Source: Guillardia theta CCMP2712 (Eukaryota; Protista; Cryptophyta). Taken from it: a stretch of 64,000 nucleotides of DNA. The notes beneath the pieces were generated by a model. That model was not told where the DNA came from. It saw nothing but the letters and a program-made list of their open reading frames with translations, and ran no database searches. Of the stretch, positions 36,570 through 47,821 are shown in pieces (position 1 is the stretch's first letter; each line of letters opens with the position of its first letter). The stretch covers positions 83,539 through 147,538 of the forward strand of contig NW_005434657.1 in NCBI RefSeq assembly GCF_000315625.1, read 5' to 3'. Made by a program: the position numbers and the translations under genes.

Positions 36570-38438
36570 GAACTTCCAACCTCAAGCAAACTTTTATGAA
36601 GCCTGGCAGACCATGACTTCATATGATACCTTTGACTATCTTTGGAATGACAACTCCCCATGCATGTGCCTCCCCCAAAGGCCTTTCTCTTGCTCCTAGG
36701 GGTAACGTCATGTCAACGATGAAGCATTCAAGTACTACTCTTCCTCTTGATATTGTCAAGAATTGTATTCCTTGTTTGATTTTCACCCTCTTAGAGACAT
36801 ACCTGCAAAAACAAGATTAAGCATCATTGAAAGGCCGTTTGAATATTTCCTGACATTTTCCACTCATTGAAGCTCTCGAGAACTCCTTTTGGCATCCAGA
36901 CATTCAATATCTGAGATTGTGGATGTAATTACTCATTGTCAGAAAGTTTCTTAATTTAGGTTCACCTGAAGAGAATGATAGTGGGAACTGAAGAATGCAT
37001 ATGTCAATCATTGCCGTCTTAGGATTTGAACGCAGAATCAGTGTGAGGCTTGCTATACTTGCCTGCCACTGAAGTCTCGTTGAAGAGCAATAAATTCCTA
37101 TCAAAGTACATCGATCAGTTGGACAATTATACCACAGTCTCTGTCACATTGATGCGCTTTAATTCCTGTCGAATATGAAGCTGTATAGAACACGTAAGTA
37201 TTGTACACCAGTGATTTGAAATCGATCTGATACTTGTCTTCCCCTAACAACCATCAATTGTTGTTTCATGTTCAGCGACTACCATAGCAATCGCATATCA
37301 GAGTCAGTAAGTTGTTTCTTATCTTCAGATTGAAGAACCCGAATTATTGTATCACTTGCTTCACTTAAAATCTTCATCCGACGTATATCTACGATGAAGT
37401 GGATTGAAAACATGAAATCGTTGCTTGCAGAAGTTCTCACCTAAATCAACACTTGCGTCTTCTGTATCAGGCATTGTTGATCTTTTGATCTTTGACAACA
37501 ATCAAGAGCTCGGGATGTTGCGCATTACAAACCTCGGAGCCAAAGCGCTTCTTATCTTCATCCCACTCTCCGTAAAATCTGTCTAAGTCTTCTATCTGGT
37601 CAACAAACATCTCGTGAGATGATTTAAGAGTTTGATTGCAGGGATGAGCAGTTAAACACCATTTCTGCAACGGCGCCGAGATTCTTGACGAGAAGGTGCT
37701 TCTTGTAATTCAGCCACCTGATGAGATCTCAGCCTCAAAGAGGACAACTCATCTTGAGATTCAACAGTATGTCGACTTCATCCGCGCTCCCCGCCGAATG
37801 GGAGTGAAACCCTTGCTCTTCCTTCCAGAGCTGATATCAGCGAAACAAACACTTGCGGTTGCCTTAGAGTGTTTCTACTTCATGCGCACTCGAAGGTTCC
37901 TTGCTGTGGATAATTCTGGCTACTTGAACATCCCGTTCTCTGTTTTCCTATCAAGATATGTTCACACGTTGTGTATAGGTTACATCCGAGATCTTGACCA
38001 TTTCTCTTCGGCTGCTATCTCTTATCATCCTTCGTTTTCTCAGTTTGTCTTCTCTCTAAAAGTAATGTCAGATTGGTAGTTGGTGTCCTGCCAGCTCGAG
38101 CAAGATACCAGACGGTTTCCCGCATCTTCATTTCTCCTCCTAATCAGCTGCGTTACATGATGTTGCTTTGCATCTCCTGTAACCCGCAAAGATCAGGCTA
38201 GTGAAGACATGAGAAGAAGCACCAGGACCGTCGCTCCACATCCTATCCACGATTTCTTGTAGACTGTCCTCCAACCTTGAGTCATCGTCTAGCGCTGTAC
38301 AGACGTCTTGAGACAAAGGACATGGTCGAGGTGATGAGAAGTACCATCAGTCAAGGCTGAGATCTTGTCTTCGATGTATTCTTCTACCCCCCCCTTCCTT
38401 CCCACATCACTCCTGCTTATGCCACTCCGCTTCTGCAT
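36570..38438 (-). CDS. Hypothetical multi-exon protein
   Basis: ATG at 38438 (MQKRSGISRSDVG..), then a series of short GT-AG-bounded exons (DVCTALDDDSRLEDSLQEIVDRMW, DIRRMKILSEASDTIIRVLQ); no family recognised. Confidence 0.45.
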
Positions 38439-38565
38439 CCCGGACCGTTGACCGAGCCGGGGGGGGGGAGTCGAGTCAGAGTCAAGACATCAGGGTTACG
38501 GTTATGGACTTCTGGAATTTAACGGATTAATAACGAGCTGTAACGATCAACGGCTTGTCTGCATC

Positions 38566-40347
38566 ATGGCTGGGGCGAGGGGCGACGTTATGGTACAGGG
38601 GGAGGCTGAGAGGCTGGTGGAGGAGATTCGAGTGTTCGGAATCGAAGAGATCGGGCTGAAAGCGTGGACGAAGCAGCACCAGGTCATCGAGAAGCTGAAC
38701 ATGCAGGCCCAGATCAGCGTCATGAACCAATCCGATGAGTATGTTGTAGAGGCCCTGATAGACCACGAGAAGATTTCAACATTGATCCACTGCCTGATTG
38801 TATGTGAGGTATGGAAGGACACAGTGCTGGTAAAGGTACAGCAAGACTTAGCAAGCTCTCATTACGTCAAGCTCTACCTCATCATGTACCATGAAGCTGT
38901 CATCCTCGGTTTACTCGAGAAAGCCTTCTACCATTCGTCGGCCGTGAGCATGGCGGGAGATAGTCTCATCGAGCTCTCAGATTACTGCTATAGGAAGACT
39001 GTTTATCTTAACAGCTTTCACTCTGATACTGAAGAAGAATCACCCAAGAGAGATCAAATTCTCAATATGAAAGACATTGAAAGATTGGAGGAACAAAAGA
39101 AGAAAATTGACTTCTCATGTGCTATCAGTGCTCTGACAGTGTTGCGGTTCATTGTCGAAAATGCCGAAACTGTTCCCATATCTGTTTTGAGCAGATTGCT
39201 CACCGAACAGGTAGAGATCACTTGGTTTGAAACCCCTTCGCTGATGCCTTTTTGCAAGGACATTATGCAAACGTTGATACCCTTATTAGATGATGCACCG
39301 TGGACTCGGAAGAAGGACAAAGTGATAGAGAAATACGAGGATGGAAAATGGATAGAGGTTTCTCAGGATGATTTACACCGAATTTCAAAAACAGAGGCAC
39401 AGGTTTGAGATTGAACAATTTCTCAACAACAGTGATTTGTGTCCAGGTTTGGTTGACTCTGAACTGCCTTCTCCTACATCCTGAATGCCGAAGAAAATAT
39501 GAATGGACTGAGAACAGAAAGTCCCTCGTCATGAAATTGAGCAAATACTTCAACGAGCTCCTTATTGATCAAGTAACTAATGCATTTTTGTTGTCTACGG
39601 TTGATTTGCCTGTAGCTCCCCATTCTGTCTGAGATGAGAAGGTTGGTTGAAACTCTTGCATTCAGTGCACCCAATTCAGGGACAGAACCGCGATCTGTCG
39701 TGATAGAACAGATTCCTGAACTCCGAGATAAGATTATGCGGGTGAATCGCTCGATTACCTGTAGCGATTGTATGACTGGTTGTGGCCAGAGCGATTTCAA
39801 GGCGATCGCTGCGATGTTTAAGTCCAAAATGCAGAACGAAAGCCCGGAAGATCAGAAGGTGATTCTCCTTTTGAATCTTGAACGAGTTGAAGGGAACCAC
39901 TGACAGGCGGAGATGAGTGAGCTAGCCGCAATGTATGACATGCTGAATGTCGAAGATTTCATGGAGGTAGGACCAACATGCTTCTTTGCATGCAATCGTG
40001 ACCCAGTACTGTTCAGGACCCGAAATGTGCTGTCTGTGGAGCGCCTGCGGAGAAACGTTGCTCGAAGTGCAAGATGGAATGGTACTTGAGAAATCGGATT
40101 ATGATGAAGTGGTCTGACAGTGGTCAAGGTATTGTGGAAGGAAATGTCAAGTAGCAGCATGGAAGAAGCACAAGCCCTTTTGCGAAATGATCTCAGGTAT
40201 TTCCTTGGTTTCAAATGTTTGTACATTGAATTCTAGAACTCTACAGGACTAGCTGATGAACGCAAAGGGAGCGAGGGGGCTCCATGTACTAGCAACGAGG
40301 ATTCTGCTCAAAAGAACAGCTATCATCAAATAGAAATTCTAGACTGA
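38566..40347 (+). CDS. ZMYND10: Zinc finger MYND domain-containing protein 10 (axonemal dynein assembly factor)
   Basis: EIGLKAWTKQHQVIEKLNMQA, EYVVEALIDHEKISTLIHCLIVCEVWK, LIELSDYCYRK, PWTRK..KYEDGKW, KTEAQVWL, LIDQ; MYND finger [39 protein letters not shown]. Confidence 0.95.
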
Positions 40348-40431
40348 GTACAAGTTTGTCTTCAACACGTACTTCCATAACACACTTTTATGCCTTGACT
40401 CGGCTGAATCTTTGACTCTAATTCATGGCCT

Positions 40432-41289
40432 TCAAACCGATGTATCTTCATACTCCGTGAGGAGAAAGCAGTTCGCGTTCTTTTCCATGTATCGCAAGAA
40501 CTCGACGAGCCGTGGGTGCAAATTCTTTGCCGTAACCTCAGAGACATTTGCTTTCGCGAGAATTGAAGGCAACTTGACAATGAGACGCAGCAAGTGTTCT
40601 CCTCCATAGATCTCGCTTGCTGGAGTCTTGCCCTTACTCCTCCTGATCTTTTCGTACTGGTTTCTTTCCTGTTGATAAAGTAGCATCATGCTGAGAGCCT
40701 TGTCAAAATATTCCCGCAACCCATCAGTCATTTCTTTCAATATTTCCGCCTCCACTGAAGTGGGAGGCTTATTGTTTGTTTTCACGAACGAGACAAGAAT
40801 TTCCTTGACTGAAGGACTACGAGGCAAAGGCACTAACTTTTCGCTGTGCACCTGCTCAGCTTCCTTCATCAGATGCACTTGAAGCGTATGGGGAATGATC
40901 AAGGTAATCACTGGTTTGGTTGATTCAACAGTGTGGATAAAGTCATCCCCTGGTTGGGAGCTTTTGCCGTTGCTGCTTGCAAGACTTTCCTTTAACCTTG
41001 CAGACAGCTCATTTTGCACCTTGCGACTCTCTTCATTATCAGGGTAGAGCATTGCTTCTTTGACCCATTCATCCCACCTCGCTTTCCAGCCTTGATAATG
41101 TACGTAGTATTCCCAGTTCAGCCCCACCTTACGCATTTTCAAGATCTTCGCTGCATACAATTGTCCCCTGTTCAACGCCAGCAAGAGTTGATTCAAGGCA
41201 TACTTGCAATCCCCTACCACGAGATCATCTTTACTCGGAGGGGGAGCGGCAGCTGCTACTTCGCGTTTCTGCTTTTTGGATGGCGGCAT
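40432..41289 (-). CDS. MRG15: MRG15/Eaf3 family chromatin protein (chromo-barrel plus MRG domain)
   Basis: LYAAKILK..YYVHYQGWKARWDEWV chromodomain; LVPLPRSPSV..GLREYFDKALSMMLLYQQER..ASEIYGGEHLLRLIVKLP MRG domain; single 858-bp ORF. Confidence 0.93.
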   Translation of the reverse strand: MPPSKKQKREVAAAAPPPSKDDLVVGDCKYALNQLLLALNRGQLYAAKILKMRKVGLNWEYYVHYQGWKARWDEWVKEAMLYPDNEESRKVQNELSARLKESLASSNGKSSQPGDDFIHTVESTKPVITLIIPHTLQVHLMKEAEQVHSEKLVPLPRSPSVKEILVSFVKTNNKPPTSVEAEILKEMTDGLREYFDKALSMMLLYQQERNQYEKIRRSKGKTPASEIYGGEHLLRLIVKLPSILAKANVSEVTAKNLHPRLVEFLRYMEKNANCFLLTEYEDTSV

Positions 41290-41354
41290 TAAAAATACCT
41301 TAAAAGAACGAGTCAGATGAGATTAGATAAAATTTTTGTAGAGAAAACATATCA

Positions 41355-41650
41355 GGATCAGGAGCAAGGAGCAGGAAAAGCGGGGCGAGCAGGAGCAGGA
41401 TCAGGAGCCAGGAGCAGCAGGGATAGGCGTGCAGAGCGAGGAGGAAGGGGAGGAGGAGGAGGAGGAGGAGGAGGAGGAGGAGGAGGAGGAGGAGGAGGAG
41501 GATCGGGAGGAGCGGGAGGAGCGGGAGGAGCAGGAGGAGGAAGGAGGAGGAGGAGGAGGAGGAGGAGGAAGGGGATCGGGAGGAGCGGGAGGAGCAGGAG
41601 GAGGAATGAGGAGGATGAAGGAGGAGCAGGAGCACGGATCAGGAGCAAGG
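41355..41650. repeat. (GGA)n/(GGAGCA)n low-complexity tract, continuing at 41902-42110 beyond the gap
   Basis: Direct reading. Confidence 0.9.
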
Positions 41651-41658
41651 GAGCAGTT

Positions 41659-43320
41659 ATGTGGATAAGTACGGAACAATGGAAAAATGATTCAGAGTAT
41701 CACCGCCTGCTCGCGATCATCCTGAAGACTCTAGTACAGTTCGAGGATGTCAACCAGAAGTTCATATGGATCCGCGTAGCAGACCTCCTGCTCTTCTGCT
41801 TNNNNNNNNNNNNNNNNNNNNNNNNNNNNNNNNNNNNNNNNNNNNNNNNNNNNNNNNNNNNNNNNNNNNNNNNNNNNNNNNNNNNNNNNNNNNNNNNNNN
41901 NGGAGCAGGAGCAGGAGCAAGGAGCAAGGAGCAAGGAGCAAGGAGCAAGGAGCAAGGAGCAAGAGGAGAAGGAGCAGGAGGATGAGCAGCAGGAGGAGGA
42001 CGAGCGGGAGGAGGAGGAGGAGGAGGAGGAGGAGGAGGAGGAGGATGAGCAGCAAGGAGCGGGGGAGCAGCTCCTCCTGCTCCTTCTGCTCCTGCTGCTG
42101 CTGCTTCTCTCCCGCCAAAACTGAAAAGAGGAAGCAAACCCGAGGAAACGATCGCAGGATCATATCCTGCGCAATTGTCCGGTGAGCTAACTACTTGGGT
42201 CCGCCTCAGTGAACTAGGTTCTAGATCACTAGGTGGAAATAGAGGACAGAAACCTTACTTTGATTTTCACACATATACACTGAATCGCTGCCATTGAAAA
42301 TATAGTGTCGCCATGCGGAGAGCGATGTTACTATGCATCGCTTTCGTATGCACGAGCCTGGAAGAGGAGCGGATACTTTCGCTTCATCCTCCTCCAGACC
42401 AGCTGTGCTGTCTCCTTCCGAGTACATGTCTAGTATGTCTCCACCCTCAAACTGGATCTCTCCAGTCCTGTCCGTCTAGACATCAGCAGCAAACGGATCG
42501 AACTGAACTTCATTACCAACCTCCCTTCGTCCTCTCTACTGCTCCGATGCGACTTACTGGAGGATTCTTGTCTCCTCCACGCACCTTCATTGACGACGCA
42601 AAGGTCAGACTCGCTCTAGCTCGATTCATTCTCCTCGCAAACCTGATGCGACCCATCCTCCTCCCATTTTGCTGCTGGCACTCGCTCTTGCTGGCTTGCT
42701 GACTCTCTGCCTCCTAGGCGATGGGGCTCGAACACATCGATGAAGGGTGAGTCGAGGTTCAACCTGATGGCAGCTTCGTTCACCACTACTGTTGATCCTA
42801 CCAGACCGATGTATTATGACGAATCAGAACAAGTTCGTGAGGAAGGAGGTGAGGAGCTCTTGGTGCGGTTCGCTCAGGCTGACCTTCCTTCTTCAAGATC
42901 TTCGAAACAAAGTTCGGTCATCACGATACCTTGACTCCGATACTTTAGAATGGGTTCTCGCATGCGAAGAGAAACTATGCTTCCAGTCTGACATGTCATC
43001 CAAGGTACACGTGGACGAAACTCGTCAAAATCGGAAGCCATCGGGGGAGCACGTTGTCAAGTATGAGCAGAGACCGTTGGACGCATCTCAGGTAGTCCTT
43101 TGGGTTCTCTTGCGTCTGGTTGGTCAAGGGCTGAAGTGATGTCTTCTAGAACAATATGAAGCAGTGCCGTACTGTGAATCCTCAGATGGATCGTTTCGTG
43201 CCGCCAGCACTGGAACCCTTCAGAGCATATGTCATCAAGTAAGTTCGCATGCATCTCCTTGCAACCAATGAGATCTTGGAGTAGAAGGCCATCCATCCAG
43301 AAGTCCCCGAGTGAGAAGAA
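41659..43320 (+). CDS. Hypothetical multi-exon protein
   Basis: Consistent + strand GTGAG donors and CTGAC branch points between 42180 and 43150; exons such as FLSPPRTFIDDAK, DLRNKVRSSRYLDSDTLEW, PQMDRFVPPALEPFRAY; extent uncertain. Confidence 0.35.
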
Positions 43321-43697
43321 GGAATCTTGCGTCCCTAGAGGGCCGATCTTAAGGTCCAACAACCGAGGAGAGATGAATTGCTCAGGTTCTTGGCAGTTTG
43401 GAGAAAGAGCTGATTGAAAGCTGGCGCAATACAAACGAGTACTTGATCCCTCACTTCGCCAAGCTCGAGTTGGTGGGTGGTCTGGGTTTCAAAACACACT
43501 CTTGTTTATTTTCGTCACAGGCCAAAGGGGTCAACCAAACTATGTTGAAAGAAAACGAACGGTGATTTCAAATTCTTACCCAGGGAGGTTGATACGGTGG
43601 TAGGTTTTTGACTGAAGGAAATGTAACTGGAACGATTTTTTCGAATTTGCCGGTTGAGAGACTTCAAATTGGATTGCACCCCTGAATTTTCGTTAGG

Positions 43698-45256
43698 ATG
43701 AGTCGAACATTTCATCGCTTCTTGGAGAGCCTCTCGAAGAGAAGAGAGATCTTGTTGGTACGGGCAACTTCTTCATCTGAGTCTGATTCTGATATGCCTA
43801 TCTCAAGTCCAAAAGAATGAAACTCCTGAGGTGATCAGGATGGGAGCAGCAACGAGGATGCTCCGACGTATCGCAAACCGCAATGCTCGGAAAGCCAAGA
43901 ACGCAGAGGTTGCAACAGCGATGTTGAGCTCGATGCTGACCCGAGAGTCAGGGCATGAATAAGGAGGAGAGCGAATACAGCATCACTAAGAAGTACGGAG
44001 GAGCCTTATCGCAGAACACTTTCAATCCATGCACCAGACCGGACCATGAGAACAGACCTTGGCTGGTAGGAGTCTTTGTTGCAGCACTCCTTTCTGAGCA
44101 CTCATTGTATCGAATAGTCGAGATACAATCAGGACGAAGCAAGTCCATATCAAGCAGAAGAAGCCGGACCCAACGAGACCGAAGAGGAATGCAGGTGATA
44201 TTGATTCGTTTCTGCTTGCCTGCTGCAGTCAAGAGATTTCAGGGCGAGACGAGCTGCGACAGTTGTTTCTATCATTGGCTGTGGAAAGATGGGGAGTAGA
44301 CTTGCCGGTAAGCAACAAGATCGTCGTGTGATCGAAGCTGAATGGTCTCCACAGAGTTGTGGGCAAGGGGAGGATATAAGGTCCTCGTTGGCTCCAGAGA
44401 TCAGCTTCGAGGTGAAGAGACCGCACGACGTCTGACAGAAAGGTCTGAGGTCTTGCGGGGTCTTTATTCAATTCTAAGTCATTGGAATAGCATTTCCAAT
44501 CAAGTCACTTCGTCCATCGAAGGAGGGACGATGGAGTGGGCGGCGGATCAAGGGGATATTATCGTTCTGGCCACTCCCTTCACTGCGACCATTCAGGTTG
44601 ATTCTTGGTGCATAGTCTACAGACAAGGTTTGATGGTGTCGTTGAAGGTTCTGAGCGTAATTCAAGAATTCATTCATGGACAACATAAGATTATTCTCGA
44701 TATTACGAATCCCATCTACGATCACAATGTGAACTCCAGCAAATTTGAGCAATTAACGTTCTGACTTGTTTTGAAGGCTATCGAAAGTGTAGCAGCACTT
44801 GACTTGCATATGGCATTCTTAGATGACCCCACGGCTAGTTGGGCCGTCGGGTGTGCGAACAGGAGCATCGAGCGGCATGGCCATTGACATGTTCGCAGTT
44901 ACAAATCTGTCTTTGTGAATCGATTGAACTTCGGCTCTCGGCACTCACAGGAATCTGCAAGATCGAAGTCATTCGGGTGCGGGTGACGGTTGTTGCAGAC
45001 TATCGACATCTGTGGAGATCGCAAAGCTCGGATGGCCGTCGCTGACCTGGTGAAGGAGAATCTGTTCCCTCATCTCCCAGTCAAAGGTTGAGCAGGTGAG
45101 GTGCCATGGGTGGACTCCGAGGATACGGGGAGAGGTCAGCATGGCACGAGTGAGTTTGTTGTGCGCACGTGCTTGCTGAGGTTGAGCCTCCTGCCCCAGG
45201 CACTTGAGCCAGGGAGACGAGTGGCGTATATCAAACAGATGTTTGGAGATTCATGA
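43698..45256 (+). CDS. NADP oxidoreductase of the F420-dependent (FNO/NpdG, STEAP N-terminal-like) Rossmann family with an N-terminal extension
   Basis: VVSIIGCGKMG..WARGGYKVLVGSRD..AADQGDIIVLATPF..KIILDITNP..IDICGDRKARMAVADLV..DTGEVSMARALEP; N-terminus MSRTFHRFLESLSKRR is presequence-like. Confidence 0.78.
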
Positions 45257-45292
45257 ATGAGAGCGAAGAGGATGTCATGCTCAGGTATTTAA

Positions 45293-46093
45293 TCAAGGTT
45301 TTTTCTTCTTCAAGTAACCCTTTTGGTTGGCAATATAGCACACGTGCAACCGTTCGATCATCGACGGGTCTACACCATCAAAATGTGATACCAGGCTTTC
45401 CTTCTCGTCCATCTCCATGCCATCCGCATTGATTTCATCTCCTGGAAACGAAGTCACGCCCGAGCTCTCTTCACGAGTATCGTTATTACCATTCTTTCTT
45501 TCCATGATTTCAAGATGCTTCACTAATTCTTGAAATCTGCAAACAAGAATCACTAAATTTCGCGATATGACATCCAAGACTATTACACTTCAGATTCATC
45601 TCCGGTCAGAATTATTTCCATGAACTGTAGCAATCTCCACATCAACTGCAGATGCATCACGATACAACAGCAGACCTGCCCTAGATGCGATGTTTGAGAT
45701 CTGCCTCTTTCTGACGCTAACAAAATGATCTTCCAACGATTTCGATTCTCCTTATTCTCTGTCGTGTCGGGATAATCCATCACTACGAACGACAGCACCT
45801 GCCTTCGCTCAGTATTGTCACGTTCCAACGGGAGACAAGAACCATGGTTGACAGGTTGTATAAAGCCTCCGGGCTGCTGCATTCTGCCACGATCTCAGCT
45901 GGTCGCTGGTCTTTGTAGTGTATGAGTTGCAATCGCACAGTTTCCTCCTATTCGATTGTTGAGTCAAGTGATGTGCGGAAACGACTTCCCCATTCCTCAC
46001 CGTTCGTGTGAGACCAAACGCTGTGCATTCCCCAAAGGTTTCAATCTGTATGACAGGACACGCATTCATCTTTGTTGTCATCACACAGCCCAC
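45293..46093 (-). CDS. Hypothetical multi-exon protein
   Basis: Chained ORFs 45818..46093, 45583..45882 and 45293..45577 joined by short introns; no family recognised. Confidence 0.4.
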
Positions 46094-46719
46094 ATAGCTG
46101 GCTTGTCACCTAGCTCTAGCCTCTAAACCTCACTTCTACCTCTCTCACCCTCCCTCCCTCCATTCCTCTCCCTCTCCCTCCCTACTTACCTGCCTATGTT
46201 GATCGCTCGCTCGCACCCTTCCCCTCGCTCGCTTGCTCGCTCGCTCTCCCTCCCTCCCTCCCTCCCTCCCTGCCTGTGTCGCTCACCGCTCGCTCACTCC
46301 CTGACTCCCTTTCGCTCTACCTCCCTCTTAACCTCTCTATCTCTTATCATCCTCCTCCTCCTCCTCCTCCTTCTCATCATCATCATCATCCTCATCCTCC
46401 TCCTCCTCATCATCTCTTACCGTGTGCTGTCCGCGCCCTTGCCATACGTTAGGCATGAACCCGCTAAGAAATGCCAGACGACTTTAGCTCAATTCAGGAA
46501 CTCTGACCCAAACATCATTAGCTGAAACAATATGTTGCCTTCTCCGACCCTTGGTCATTTCTGTCTTTTTATGACATTATAAAATTTCTTTGAGGCGGAC
46601 TTGAATTCTTAAATGCCTATCAGTGATGACCTGATGAGTAAAATTGTGTGTATTTTGGGTGAAATCGCACCGCCATGTTCGAGGTTCTATCTATGCAGGT
46701 GCGTTGATGACGGCAAGAT

Positions 46720-47350
46720 GGGAATGTTATGAGAAGAGAAGAGGGATGTTATGAGAAGAGAAGAGGGATGTTATGAGAAGAGGAATGTTATGAGAAGAGA
46801 AGAGGGATGTTATGAGAAGAGGAATGTTATGAGAAGAGAAGAGGGATGTTATGAGAAGAGGGATGTTATGAGCAGAGAAGATGGATGTTATGAGAAGAGG
46901 GATGTTATGAGAAGAGAAGAGGGATGTTATGAGAAGAGAAGAGGGATGTTATGAGAAGAGAAGAGGGATGTTATGAGAAGAGGGATGTTATGAGAAGAGA
47001 AGAGGATGTAAGAAGAGGAATGTTATGAGAAGAGAAGAGATATAAGAAAAGAAGAGGAATGTTATGAGAAGAGAAGAGGGATGTTATGAGAAGAGGGATG
47101 TTATGAGCAGAGAAGATGGATGTTATGAGAAGAGAGGAAAGATATGAGAAGAGGAGAGGAAAGATATGAGAAGAGAAGAGATGTAAGAAGAGGAATGTTA
47201 TGAGAAGAGAAGAGATATAAGAAAAGAAGAGGAATGTTATGAGAAGAGAAGAGATATAAGAAAAGAAGAGGAATGTTATGAGCAGAGAAGAGATATAAGA
47301 AAAGAAGAGGAATGTTATGAGCAGAGAAGAGGAATGAGAAGAGAAGAGTG
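46720..47350. repeat. Purine-rich minisatellite, units GGGATGTTATGAGAAGAGAAGA (22 bp) and 17-bp variants
   Basis: More than 25 degenerate copies read directly. Confidence 0.95.
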
Positions 47351-47821
47351 AAAGAAGTTTAGGGTTTAGTCAAGAAAAATCTTTGAGATGAGGAGAGAAG
47401 AGCAAGGAAGTACCATAGTTCAGCAAGGAACAGAGGAATGTTTCAAGTCGACCAGATTAGTCAGTCGGGAAGGAGATTATATGAACGTATGCTCGAGGAG
47501 GAGAAAGACGAAGAAGTTTTCGGTGATGCTACACATACACCTTTGTTTTTGAAAAACGTTTCCTTCACAGTCGAAAGTTTGCTTCGCCTTTTCATGCCAT
47601 GTTTGACTGCTCTCACAGATGCTTGTTTCTACCTATTCAAATGACAAGCTTTTGCGGTCTTCGTTTTCTTTCTCTGGTCAAGACAGTCAGGGAGCTCCTT
47701 GGTAAAGATCTGTACCCTAGTGCACACAAATAACAATACAGTCTCTTAGAGACACGACTCTGGTCATCTTCGTTTATTAGGTTGCAAGAGTACGACTCTC
47801 AAACCTAGAGCATCTTTCATT

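Noticed and set aside
43057-43434. Minus-strand 125-aa ORF as a gene
   Set aside because: Splice donors and branch points in this area favour a + strand gene; no family match
46615-46715. Possible C/D-box snoRNA (TGATGA, CTGA)
   Set aside because: The boxes are adjacent or overlapping, with no proper spacing, terminal stem or recognisable guide
46720-47350. Telomere or nucleomorph-telomere identity for the AG-rich array
   Set aside because: Internal position, and the unit does not match a telomeric repeat I can support
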